DNA of 64,000 bases from Candidatus Buchananbacteria bacterium RIFCSPHIGHO2_02_FULL_39_17 (GTDB lineage: Bacteria; Patescibacteriota; Patescibacteriia; Buchananbacterales; UBA6539): assembly GCA_001817425.1 (NCBI GenBank), contig MHII01000012.1:77-64076 (forward strand), given 5' to 3'. Position numbers and translations under genes: made by a program. This document shows positions 9,596-18,646 of the stretch, piece by piece (position 1 is the stretch's first letter; each line of letters starts with the position of its first letter). A model generated the notes under the pieces. It searched no databases and was not told the DNA's origin. It saw only the letters and a program-made list of their open reading frames with translations.

Positions 9596-9791
9596 CAATT
9601 AACCTCGATCGACGCACAATAGATTTGAAAGTTCGATACGGTATTTCTTTACCATGAATTGGAACGATGACATTTAATGTCGGAATACTAATTTTGCGAT
9701 ACTTGGCATGACTGCCGCTTTGCGAAACAAAAAAGAAGCCCTTTTATTTAAGGACTTTTAGAACGGATTTAAGTGGAATTGGTCTAGGCAT
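9596..9791 (-). pseudogene. hicA: hicA-like toxin gene, frameshifted
   Basis: Minus-strand ATG at 9791 gives MPRPIPLKSVLKVLK then a stop. After a frame change the reading continues GFFFVSQSGSHAKYRKISIPTLNVIVPIHGKEIPYRTFKSIVRRSRLIEEDFE, the HicA/YcfA fold signature. The start overlaps the hicB stop codon; no coding frame is recorded for the feature, only the strand. Confidence 0.55.
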
Positions 9792-10002
9792 ATTTAAGTG
9801 TTACTGAGGCGATGGCTGGCTGTTCAATCCTGCTTGACTTAGGCAGTCTTTCATCTTCAAGATATAATTCTAAGGCATCTTGAAGATTATCAAGAGCCTC
9901 TTTTTTTGTATTACCAAAACTTGCCACGTCAACATCTAAACATTGAGAAACATAGTATTTACCCTCTTTCCAAATCACTGATTTTAAAGCTATTTTTTTC
10001 AT
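9784..10002 (-). CDS. hicB: HicB-family antitoxin
   Basis: MKKIALKSVIWKEGKYYVSQCLDVDVASFGNTKKEALDNLQDALELYLED is the HicB/UPF0150 N-domain pattern. The true start is probably the internal ATG at 10002; the ORF track starts at 10110. Confidence 0.6.
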   Translation of the reverse strand: MKKIALKSVIWKEGKYYVSQCLDVDVASFGNTKKEALDNLQDALELYLEDERLPKSSRIEQPAIASVTLKYA

Positions 10003-10195
10003 ACATTCTATTATACTAATTAAGAAAAAATAAGTCAAATTTTTGAGTGAATCGGATAACCGTATCGGGTGATGTAAATTTATTTTTTTAATCTTACTTT
10101 TAAAGAACAAAAATAAATTTATTTCACCTAACTATTATTATGCGAACTTGTTAATTTTTTTAAAAATTTTAGATCATTAATAATATTTTTTTATT

Positions 10196-10561
10196 TTACA
10201 CCTTAACAACTTCCTCGTCATCTGGTCGCCAAGCAGGATCAAATATGCATAAAAATTTTAAATCAGCATTTCCCTTATTTTTGAGATATTGTTTGGCGCT
10301 TGGTGGAATATAAATCGCTTGGCCGGGGTGCCCCTCGGCCGATTCATCATTGATATAGATTATCCCTTCTCCCTCTAAAATATAGTAAACCTCCGAAGTT
10401 TTCATTCTGTGAGGCAAGGAAATTTCGCCCGATTTGACAATGGCATGAGCTAAGCTGTAGCGAATTTTCAATTCCTCATTTTTTGGATGCAAAACTTCGC
10501 GCAAGATTGAATTATCGCCAGCAATAATTTCTGGACAATCTTTTAAGTCTTTTATTAGCAT
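10196..10561 (-). CDS. Cupin domain protein
   Basis: GEGIIYINDESAEGHPGQAIYIPPSAKQY is the cupin_2 two-motif pattern. Confidence 0.6.
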   Translation of the reverse strand: MLIKDLKDCPEIIAGDNSILREVLHPKNEELKIRYSLAHAIVKSGEISLPHRMKTSEVYYILEGEGIIYINDESAEGHPGQAIYIPPSAKQYLKNKGNADLKFLCIFDPAWRPDDEEVVKV

Positions 10562-10711
10562 ATTTTTATTATCTTAACATATTAAATTTATCACTTTTAA
10601 ATCTAAAAGTCCAATTGATTTTTAAAAAGAAATTTGCTAAAATTACTATATTATTTTTGTTTTTACATGATAAAACCTACAAGCTACTTTCTACAAGCTA
10701 CGAGCTAAAAT

Positions 10712-11860
10712 ATGAGAATTGCCATTATTACCCCCACTTTTCCGTCGTATGCCGGCGGCATTGGCAAGGTCGCGGCGTTTAACGCGCGAGAACTGAAAAA
10801 GCTTGGCCATCAGGTCACGGTTTTTACTCCTGACTATGAACCGGTTAAAGAAGAATTTACTGATTTAGAAATTAAGCGCATTAAGCCGCTTTTTAAATAT
10901 GGTAATGCCGCTTTTATTCCGGCTTTGGGTAAAATGCTCAAAGGTTTTGATATTATTCATCTCCATTATCCATTTTTCGGCGCCGCCGAAATTATTTGGC
11001 TCCATAATTCAAAATTCAAAATTCAAAATTCAAAATTGATTCTACATTACCATATGGATGTAGTCGGGCGCGGATGGTTAAAATTAATTTTCAAATTTCA
11101 CAATCAATTTATCTTGCCTAAAATTGTTAAAGCCGCGGATAAAATCATTTTCACTTCATTGGATTATAGTAAAAATTCAAATTTGGCAAAATGGTTGAAA
11201 AATCAGCCGTCAAAATTTGTGGCAATCCCCAACGGCGTTGACAGCCAAAATTTTTTACCTCAACTAAAAAGTCAAACCTTGCTGGAAAAATACCAGATTA
11301 ATCCTAGCGATAAAATTATCCTTTTTGTCGGCGGTTTAGACCAGGCGCATTATTTCAAAGGCATTGAATATTTACTCCAAGCGGTTTCGCGCCTGCGCCA
11401 AACCGCTTATTTTTGGAAATTAATCATTGTCGGCGAAGGTGATTTAAAAAATTATTATTCTGATTACGCCAATCAGTTAGGGCTTGATAATGAAGTAATA
11501 TTTAGTGGTTATGCTCCGGACGAGGATTTACCCAATTATTATAACTTGGCTGATGTTTGCGTTTTGCCCTCCATTGACAAATCTGAAGCTTTTGGCTTAG
11601 CTTTAATTGAGGCGATGGCGTGCGGAAAACCGGTCGTGGCAACAGATTTGGCCGGCGTGCGAAGCGTGGTTGAAGACGGGGTTAACGGGCTTTTGGCCCA
11701 GCCGAAAAATGCCGCTGATTTGGCGGCAAAAATTAATTATTTATTAATTAATCCCGAAATTGCCCAAGAGTTTGGCCACAACGGCCGGAAAAAAGTGGAA
11801 GAAGAGTATGAGTGGGGGAGGATCGGGAGAAAGCTAGATGAATTATATAAGAGTTTATAA
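10712..11860 (+). CDS. Glycosyltransferase family 4
   Basis: C-terminal EAFGLALIEAMACGKPVVATDLAGVRSVVEDGVNGLL (GT4 E-X7-E region). Contains an in-frame (attcaaa)x4 heptamer tract at 11006-11036, encoding NSKFKIQNSK. Confidence 0.8.
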   Translation: MRIAIITPTFPSYAGGIGKVAAFNARELKKLGHQVTVFTPDYEPVKEEFTDLEIKRIKPLFKYGNAAFIPALGKMLKGFDIIHLHYPFFGAAEIIWLHNSKFKIQNSKLILHYHMDVVGRGWLKLIFKFHNQFILPKIVKAADKIIFTSLDYSKNSNLAKWLKNQPSKFVAIPNGVDSQNFLPQLKSQTLLEKYQINPSDKIILFVGGLDQAHYFKGIEYLLQAVSRLRQTAYFWKLIIVGEGDLKNYYSDYANQLGLDNEVIFSGYAPDEDLPNYYNLADVCVLPSIDKSEAFGLALIEAMACGKPVVATDLAGVRSVVEDGVNGLLAQPKNAADLAAKINYLLINPEIAQEFGHNGRKKVEEEYEWGRIGRKLDELYKSL

Positions 11861-11866
11861 AAATTT

Positions 11867-11961
11867 CCCTCTTAAGATAAGAGGGGAGAGGGGAGTTATG
11901 AGTGTAAGTTTTAAAAAATTAATAACCCCATCCACCTCCCCCTTAATTTAAGGGGGGAGAG
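11867..11961. mobile_element. MITE-like derivative (~95 bp) of the DUF559 element, with hairpin termini and no ORF
   Basis: The left end ccctcttaagataagaggggagaggggagttatgag and right end taaccccatccacctcccccttaatttaaggggggagag closely match the two ends of the DUF559 element at 61224-61656. Only ~20 bp lies between them here. Confidence 0.6.
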
Positions 11962-13146
11962 ATGATAGATATGAAATTTTGTCTAATCCACTCACTATAT
12001 TATCCTTATGCCAAAGGCGGCGCTGAAGTGGTGGTTGAAATTATTTTAAATGAACTTTTGGCGCAAGGCCATCAAGTGATTTTAATTACTTTAGGTCGAA
12101 GAAAAGAAATTCAGCGTCAGGGCAATTTGATGATTTATCGGATTAATCCGTTTAATATTTTTTCTTTTTTAGATATTGACCGTCGGCCGATTTGGCTTCG
12201 GTTTATCTGGCATCCAATGGATGTTTTTAATATTTCCAGTTATTTTGCGGTTAAAAAAATTCTAAAACAGGAAACGCCAAAAGCGGTTTTAACCCATAAT
12301 CTCAAAGGCTTGGGTTACTTAATTCCTAAAGCGATTAGAAGAGTTGGGCTGAAGCAGATTCATACCATTCATGACGTTCAATTGTCTCGGCCGTCCGGCT
12401 TGATTTATTTTGGCCAGGAAAAGCCGTTTTTAATTTTAGATAAAATGTATGAAAAAATCGTTAAGCGGTTATTCGGCAATTCAGATGTGGTCATTTCGCC
12501 TTCGCGCTGGCTGATGGGCTATTATCAGGCGCGCGGGTTTTTTTATGAATCAAAAAAAATAATCTTGCCTAATCCGGTGATTTTTAAAAAAGTGGAAAAA
12601 AGGGATGAGACGATGGAGCAAGGCCAGGGTGGAAAAATTACTTTGCTTTATGTCGGCCAATGGGAGAGGCATAAAGGCATTTTATTTTTAGTTAACGCTT
12701 TAAAAAAGATTAAATTAGAAAATTGGCAGATTTTAATCGTTGGCAACGGCGGTGCCAAACTGAATTTAGAAAAACTGGTTGGCGGCGATTTACGTTTTAA
12801 GCTGGTTGGTTGGGTGGAGCCGGAGAAATTATCTGATTATTTTCGCCAATCCGATCTCACCCTTGTCCCGTCGCTTTGTTATGAAAATTCGCCGCAGGTG
12901 ATTAATGAAAGCTTAGTCGCCAATGTGCCAGTCGTGGCCGCGGATATCGGCGGCGTTTCGGAAATTGTCAAAGACAATTACAATGGATTTACTTTTGCGC
13001 CGGGAAACGAAAAAAACCTCATTGAGGTTTTGGAATATTTTTTGAGCCATCCCCAGTTTATCTCTGACTTAAAGCGAAATTGTTTTGTTTCGGTGCGGGA
13101 TTATTCAGTCGGTCATTATATTAAAAAATTGTTAAATTTGATTTAA
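11962..13146 (+). CDS. Glycosyltransferase family 4
   Basis: ENSPQVINESLVANVPVVAADIGGVSEIVKDNYNGFTF is a GT4 C-terminal motif. The start codon directly abuts the end of the MITE-like element. Confidence 0.75.
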   Translation: MIDMKFCLIHSLYYPYAKGGAEVVVEIILNELLAQGHQVILITLGRRKEIQRQGNLMIYRINPFNIFSFLDIDRRPIWLRFIWHPMDVFNISSYFAVKKILKQETPKAVLTHNLKGLGYLIPKAIRRVGLKQIHTIHDVQLSRPSGLIYFGQEKPFLILDKMYEKIVKRLFGNSDVVISPSRWLMGYYQARGFFYESKKIILPNPVIFKKVEKRDETMEQGQGGKITLLYVGQWERHKGILFLVNALKKIKLENWQILIVGNGGAKLNLEKLVGGDLRFKLVGWVEPEKLSDYFRQSDLTLVPSLCYENSPQVINESLVANVPVVAADIGGVSEIVKDNYNGFTFAPGNEKNLIEVLEYFLSHPQFISDLKRNCFVSVRDYSVGHYIKKLLNLI

Positions 13147-15242
13147 TTTTTTGAGTATTTGAAGATAAAAATTTTTCCCTCATCAATGTTAAAAATTTTA
13201 TCGGCAGTTTTGACGGCTTGTTGGCGGATTTTTTCCGAATTATTCCAGTATTGATTTAAAACAAAGTAAGCTTCGTTAACTTGGGCTTCGGCCATGGCTT
13301 TTGCCATGGTTTCTTTTTTTGCTCCTTGATAAATCATCTCTAAATATAAATCATAAAGTGTTTGTTTGGGGCCCATGGGCATGGAATAATAAAATTGATT
13401 GTCATAGTATTTTTTAAAGCCAAATTCTTTAATCGCTGCGGCGCCGATCATTTGATTGGCTAAAACAATATGCTCCGGCGCACTGATTTGTTCAATTAAA
13501 TTAACCGCTTTTAAATCAGAAGTGGAAACGTTGAAAAATTTTGCCGGTTCATACTGATTTAGCCGTGGATAGGAAAGATAAAAAGAAATCGTAAAAGTGC
13601 CGGTTAAAAATAAGATTAAAAAAGTTTTAGCGACTAAATTTTTAGTCCAGAATTTTTTGATTAGATAATAGCCACCGACAAAAAATATCGGCAGTAAGAT
13701 ATAAAAAACAATGGTCAAGAGCCGGCTGATAAAAGCATTCTTGTCATTGTCGCGTAAAGCCGAAAAGACCAAAAAATATTTTACGATTAAATAATTAATA
13801 AAAATAATGGCGGTGGCGGTTAGATAAGCGGCGTTATTTCTCAATAATTTATGTTTCGCCAAATAATATAACCCAACGCCGATAATTAAGCCGGCCATTA
13901 GAATTTTGTTTGTCAAAAAAAGATAAGCGAGGTCAAGCGGTAAATCAAAATGGTTAACCCAGCCAAAGATTTTAAAATCAGAGAGCTTGACCCCGATCGA
14001 ACTTAATTTTAAGGCCTCACCGTTAACAACTAAAGCCAGGGGAATAAATAAAGTAAAAACTAAGGCCGCCAAAACGTAAAGGCTTAAATGCCGGTGGTAG
14101 CTCTTATAAAGAATTTTAAAAAGCTGAAGTAAAAAAATAGTGATTAAAAGCGGAATGCCGGCTAGGGGGTGAATGGCAATCGTGGCAATGGTTAGAAGGT
14201 GCAAAACAATAGGCGAGAGTTGGTTGCGGAAATAAAGCAAGGACAAAAAAATTGTTAAAATAAAAAATAAATTAGCCAGATTTTGCGGGGCGGTCATAAT
14301 AAAACCAGCATAGGGGATGGCCAAGGGCAAAGCGGTTAAAACCAAGACGTAATTTTTTTTCAGCCAATGGGAAAAAACATAAAAAATCGTCAATGGCAAA
14401 AACAGTGAATATAAAACCGGCACTAGCCAGCGGTCTAAAAATTCAAAATTAATCAAAGTTAATTTATTTAAAAATATAATCAGCGCATATTGGCCAAGAT
14501 AGTAAAGCGGTTTTGGGCTAATCGTGCCGGTTTGGGCAATAATTTTTTCTGTGGCTTGGTGAATAAATGGATCAAAACCATAGCCAATTCGGTAGATAAT
14601 CGCGGCGACACTCGTGCTGAAAAAAGTGTGAATAATAATTAAAATTAAAGGCAGTTTAGTCCGATGAGACCGGAAAAGAAAAACAAGCAAGATTAAACTG
14701 GCAAAGAAATAGAGGGAAAAAATTTTAGGGGGAACAACTTGCCACGGCGACTGGATTGATTCTGTAGTTTGGCTCAAAAACAATAGCCAAAAGCCGAAAC
14801 TGATTAAAACGAGATATGAAATTACCAAAGCGGAATTACTTTTTGGCTCGCGCCGGCCATCAAATTGATCAAGATATTTTTTTATGATTTTTTTTAAGGA
14901 AAATTTTTCTCTGATTTCAATTTGATAATAGGGGATAAATAAAACAGCGGGGAGTAAAACCAGAACAAGATAAAAAACATAGTTATTAAATTGGTAAAAA
15001 TAAATTAGTAAGCCACCCAAAAAAGCAATAATGGTTGTAAGTAAAATTGAACCAAAAATAGTAGACCAGCCGCCTTTGTTAAAAAAAATCGAGCCAGTGA
15101 TTTGGCTGACGAAAAGCAAGTAGAATGTTCCTGTGATAATTCCCAAAATTAAAATTTGCCAGTTTTGTTGATTGAAAATCAAAACTAGACAAAGCAGAGA
15201 ACTTAAAGTCAGATATTTGATTTTACTGATTTTAGCCTCCAT
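13143..15242 (-). CDS. Large polytopic membrane protein, probable GT-C-type glycosyltransferase or related
   Basis: About 14 predicted TM helices followed by a ~200 aa soluble C-terminal domain. No specific catalytic motif was confirmed. Confidence 0.35.
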   Translation of the reverse strand: MEAKISKIKYLTLSSLLCLVLIFNQQNWQILILGIITGTFYLLFVSQITGSIFFNKGGWSTIFGSILLTTIIAFLGGLLIYFYQFNNYVFYLVLVLLPAVLFIPYYQIEIREKFSLKKIIKKYLDQFDGRREPKSNSALVISYLVLISFGFWLLFLSQTTESIQSPWQVVPPKIFSLYFFASLILLVFLFRSHRTKLPLILIIIHTFFSTSVAAIIYRIGYGFDPFIHQATEKIIAQTGTISPKPLYYLGQYALIIFLNKLTLINFEFLDRWLVPVLYSLFLPLTIFYVFSHWLKKNYVLVLTALPLAIPYAGFIMTAPQNLANLFFILTIFLSLLYFRNQLSPIVLHLLTIATIAIHPLAGIPLLITIFLLQLFKILYKSYHRHLSLYVLAALVFTLFIPLALVVNGEALKLSSIGVKLSDFKIFGWVNHFDLPLDLAYLFLTNKILMAGLIIGVGLYYLAKHKLLRNNAAYLTATAIIFINYLIVKYFLVFSALRDNDKNAFISRLLTIVFYILLPIFFVGGYYLIKKFWTKNLVAKTFLILFLTGTFTISFYLSYPRLNQYEPAKFFNVSTSDLKAVNLIEQISAPEHIVLANQMIGAAAIKEFGFKKYYDNQFYYSMPMGPKQTLYDLYLEMIYQGAKKETMAKAMAEAQVNEAYFVLNQYWNNSEKIRQQAVKTADKIFNIDEGKIFIFKYSKN

Positions 15243-15360
15243 TTTTTCATTTTATCAAAAATATTGAAATTTTGCTATAATATAAATAGAATTAAGAATC
15301 AAGAATCAAGAATCAAGAATTAAGGTCATTTTACTTTGATTTTTCATCTTTAATTTTAGC

Positions 15361-16932
15361 ATGTTCAAACCAATAACCATCTTAATTATTTTAGCCATTA
15401 TTTTTGGCGGTATTTATTTTTGGCTGGTAACACCAGTAGTGACTGACGCTAATTTATCGCTACGGTTTGATTGGCCGGATGAGGCCGCCAATTATTTTTG
15501 GATTAAAAATTATGCCCAAACCGGTCAGTTTGCCGTTTTTGAGCCATTGAATTTAGTCGCCAAAAACCAGATTCATCCGCGCAGTTTTAACGTCCGTGAC
15601 GACGGTTCATTAGTGCCCGGCAGTTTTTTGGGCTTGATTTTATTTTATGGTTTATTGGGAAAAGTTTTTGGCAGTTTATTAATAATTTATTTCACGCCAA
15701 TCTTTGCCGTTTTTGGCGCTTTAGCTTTTTATTCAATTATTAAAAAATTTTTTGATCAAAAAATTGCCTTGATTTCGGCCATTTTGCTTTTATTCCATCC
15801 GGCCTGGTGGTATTATTCAGTCACTTCACTTTTGCCTAACGTGGTATTTATTTCCCTAGTTTTAATCAGCCTTTATTTTTTATTAAAGATAGAAAAAACG
15901 AAATTTTTAAATTTAATTTTATCTGCTTTTTTCGCCGGCCTCGCCGTTTTAATCCGGCCCGCGGAGTTAGTTTGGCTCTTAGCCATTTATTTAGTCTTTA
16001 TCATTTACCAGCGAAAGAAATTAAACTTGATTAGGTTAACAATTTTTCTGGCTTTGATTTTTCTTTTGATTTTGCCCGTTTTATACCATCAGCAGATTTT
16101 ATTTGGTGATTTTTTAGTTTCCGGCTATGATCAGTTGCAAACAGATGAAATTAATTTTTGCCAGACTTGTAAAGTAGTCCAGTCAATTCTTTTGCCTTTT
16201 GGCTTTCATCCGGCTCAAGCAGTTTATAACTTTTGGACTCATTTTGTCAGCCGGTTTTGGTGGTGGTCGCTTTTAGCGATTTTAGGTTTAGTCGCTTACT
16301 TAGTGAACCAAAACCGGCAGAAAACGGAGATTTTTGTTTATCTCCTTTTAAGCTTGTTTGTTTTTGGCTGGCTGATTATTTATTACGGCAGTTGGCAGTT
16401 TTCTGATTTATTGACTGTTCATTTAAATACCTTGGGTCTATCTTATGTCCGCTATTTTTTGCCGCTTTATATTTTAGCTTTGCCATTTGTCGCTTTGGGT
16501 CTGCTTTGGCTGATTAGTATTTTTAAACATCAGTTTCAAACACTCGCCTTAATTATTTTAACCAGCATTTTATTTTATCATTCGGCTAACCTCGTGCTTT
16601 ATCAGAAAGCTGACAGTATTATGCCAGTGAGAAATCGGATTTTAAGTTATCAGCAGATTGCGAGTGAAGTTAATAATTTGACGCCGGCTGAATCAGTGAT
16701 TGTCACCATCAGAAAAGATAAAGTTTTTTTTCCCGAGCGCCGAGTGATTCACAGTTTTGACGCTTTAGCCGACAATCAGGAATTACAGGAAATCATTTTG
16801 CCGTTAATTAATCAGACAGCGGTCTATTATTATGCCTTAGAGCCAGAGTCATCATTAGAAGTCGGCAATTTAAAATTAGCAGAAATTAAAAAATTTGGTC
16901 AGGAAATTTTATATCAAGTACAATTAAAATAA
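15361..16932 (+). CDS. GT-C glycosyltransferase (family 39/83, ArnT/PMT-like)
   Basis: Polytopic, with an acidic DE motif in the first extracytoplasmic loop (RFDWPDEAANYFW), as in ArnT/PMT. Confidence 0.5.
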   Translation: MFKPITILIILAIIFGGIYFWLVTPVVTDANLSLRFDWPDEAANYFWIKNYAQTGQFAVFEPLNLVAKNQIHPRSFNVRDDGSLVPGSFLGLILFYGLLGKVFGSLLIIYFTPIFAVFGALAFYSIIKKFFDQKIALISAILLLFHPAWWYYSVTSLLPNVVFISLVLISLYFLLKIEKTKFLNLILSAFFAGLAVLIRPAELVWLLAIYLVFIIYQRKKLNLIRLTIFLALIFLLILPVLYHQQILFGDFLVSGYDQLQTDEINFCQTCKVVQSILLPFGFHPAQAVYNFWTHFVSRFWWWSLLAILGLVAYLVNQNRQKTEIFVYLLLSLFVFGWLIIYYGSWQFSDLLTVHLNTLGLSYVRYFLPLYILALPFVALGLLWLISIFKHQFQTLALIILTSILFYHSANLVLYQKADSIMPVRNRILSYQQIASEVNNLTPAESVIVTIRKDKVFFPERRVIHSFDALADNQELQEIILPLINQTAVYYYALEPESSLEVGNLKLAEIKKFGQEILYQVQLK

Positions 16933-16962
16933 TTTTTTAATTTCGAATATAGAAATTCAAAG

Positions 16963-17481
16963 TTGATGAAAAAAAATTTGATAGAACTAATTAATATGGT
17001 CTTAATTTTTTCGGCCATTGGCTTGATCTTGTGGTTAGTGAACCAAAATTTTCCGGCCTCTGGGGAACTTCAAATTAAATCAGCTTTAGCAAAAGATTTG
17101 CCGATGATTTCAAAATTAGGCCCAGAAGGCCGGATTAAGATTAAAGATAATTTGACGCTTGTTTTAGACGGTCCGGTTTATTTTGACTTGCGGTTTTTGC
17201 CATGGTTTAAAAAAGCTAGAATTTTTATTCAATATCAACCCAAGGGCAGAAATTTGGAAGGCTTAGGCCGGCAAATTGGTCCGGGTTTTAACTATGAAGT
17301 GCAAAAAGCTTTATTGATTTCTGATTTTGAGGATGGCTTTAGCCAAGCCGTATTTGATTTTGATTTGACCCGGGTCTATCAGCGAAAAAATATTACCCGT
17401 TTTTTAATTGAAACTAAACCAAGCAGTCAGTTGGCCGGAGAGCTAAGAATTAAGGAATTAAAAATAATTTTAAGCCGATGA
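16963..17481 (+). CDS. Hypothetical protein with N-terminal TM anchor
   Basis: ORF only; one N-terminal hydrophobic helix. Confidence 0.3.
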   Translation: MMKKNLIELINMVLIFSAIGLILWLVNQNFPASGELQIKSALAKDLPMISKLGPEGRIKIKDNLTLVLDGPVYFDLRFLPWFKKARIFIQYQPKGRNLEGLGRQIGPGFNYEVQKALLISDFEDGFSQAVFDFDLTRVYQRKNITRFLIETKPSSQLAGELRIKELKIILSR

Positions 17482-17681
17482 GGCTATTCAAAATTTTTCA
17501 ATCAAAGACAAAAATCTTTCCGGCAGTTGCAAAAATAATTTTTTATTATAGTTTTTTTATTTTTCTTATTCTTTTTTTATTAGATTATCTGGCGCCCGGA
17601 TTTGTCACGAATTATTTTAATCCAGTTTATCTATTGATTTTAGCTGTGATTTCAGGTATAATAATAATCCAAACAGATTAA
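17478..17681 (+). CDS. Small hypothetical membrane protein
   Basis: 67 aa with two hydrophobic helices; 4-bp overlap with the upstream ORF. Confidence 0.25.
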   Translation: MRLFKIFQSKTKIFPAVAKIIFYYSFFIFLILFLLDYLAPGFVTNYFNPVYLLILAVISGIIIIQTD

Positions 17682-17727
17682 TTTGCTTATTAGCTTATCT
17701 CGCTTACTTCTTAATCTTGCTTAATAT

Positions 17728-18180
17728 ATGATTAATGGAGTAGAAGTCAGAAAACTAAAAATTTACCATGATACGCGCGGCTGGTTAACTGAAATTTATC
17801 GGCAAGATGAAACTAACTATCGGCCGGTGATGGCCTATTTGTCGGAAACTAAGCCGGGCGTGGTCCGCGGGCCGCATGAACACAAAAATCAATCAGATTT
17901 TTTTGTTTTTTTGGCGGGCAAATTTAAATTATATTTGTGGGAAAACAGGAAAAACCAGAAAAATTACCGAAAATTTCAGACATTTATTGTCGGCGGGAAA
18001 AATCCGTGTTCGGTTTTAATCCCTCCGGGTGTAGTCCATGCCTATCAATGTGTCTCCCAACCCCCGGGTTTAATTGTTAATTTTCCTAACCGATTATTTA
18101 TGGGCAAGGGCAGAAAACAGAAAGTTGACGAAATCAGGTGGGAAGTTGATTTAAAATCGCCGTTTATCGTCAAAAATTAA
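17728..18180 (+). CDS. dTDP-4-dehydrorhamnose 3,5-epimerase-like cupin (RmlC-like)
   Basis: Cupin pattern HEHKNQSDFFVFLAGKFKLYLWEN...VLIPPGVVHAYQCVS. rmlB, rmlD and rmlA lie nearby. Shorter than canonical RmlC. Confidence 0.5.
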   Translation: MINGVEVRKLKIYHDTRGWLTEIYRQDETNYRPVMAYLSETKPGVVRGPHEHKNQSDFFVFLAGKFKLYLWENRKNQKNYRKFQTFIVGGKNPCSVLIPPGVVHAYQCVSQPPGLIVNFPNRLFMGKGRKQKVDEIRWEVDLKSPFIVKN

Positions 18181-18497
18181 TGATAAAAATTTACCATAAA
18201 TTAGTTTGTGATAAGATTCCAGAGATTTGTAAAAAAGATGATGAAAAGCCGGTTTATTATGTTTTAAGCCAGAAAAGATTCAGAGAGGAATTAAAAAAGA
18301 AATTAATTGAAGAAACTGAAGAATTGACCCGAGCCAAGAAATCAGAATTAAAAAATGAAATTATTGATGTGTACGAAATTTTATTGAATTTAGCCAGAGT
18401 TAATCGCCTGAAATGGTCTACGATTGAAAAGCACCGTTTAGAAAAAAATAAACCCGACCTCAAAGCAAGCTTTGAGGTATCTGGGCGGGGTTTTTAG
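18180..18497 (+). CDS. MazG/HisE-like nucleoside triphosphate pyrophosphohydrolase
   Basis: N-terminal KLVCDKIPEI resembles the KLVRDKIPEI signature of MazG-like all-alpha NTP-PPases. The 3' end runs into a GC-rich hairpin element. Confidence 0.45.
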   Translation: MIKIYHKLVCDKIPEICKKDDEKPVYYVLSQKRFREELKKKLIEETEELTRAKKSELKNEIIDVYEILLNLARVNRLKWSTIEKHRLEKNKPDLKASFEVSGRGF

Positions 18498-18646
18498 GAG
18501 CAGAGTCCCGCCACGGCGGGACGTATTGTTTTACAAACTCTCCTCATCCTCGGTCGCTTTAGACGACCGAGATATTCGGAGAACACCTAATAAAAAACGA
18601 GGCGGATTTAGGAAACGTTATTTTTTGGAAAAAAGCCAAAAATAGT

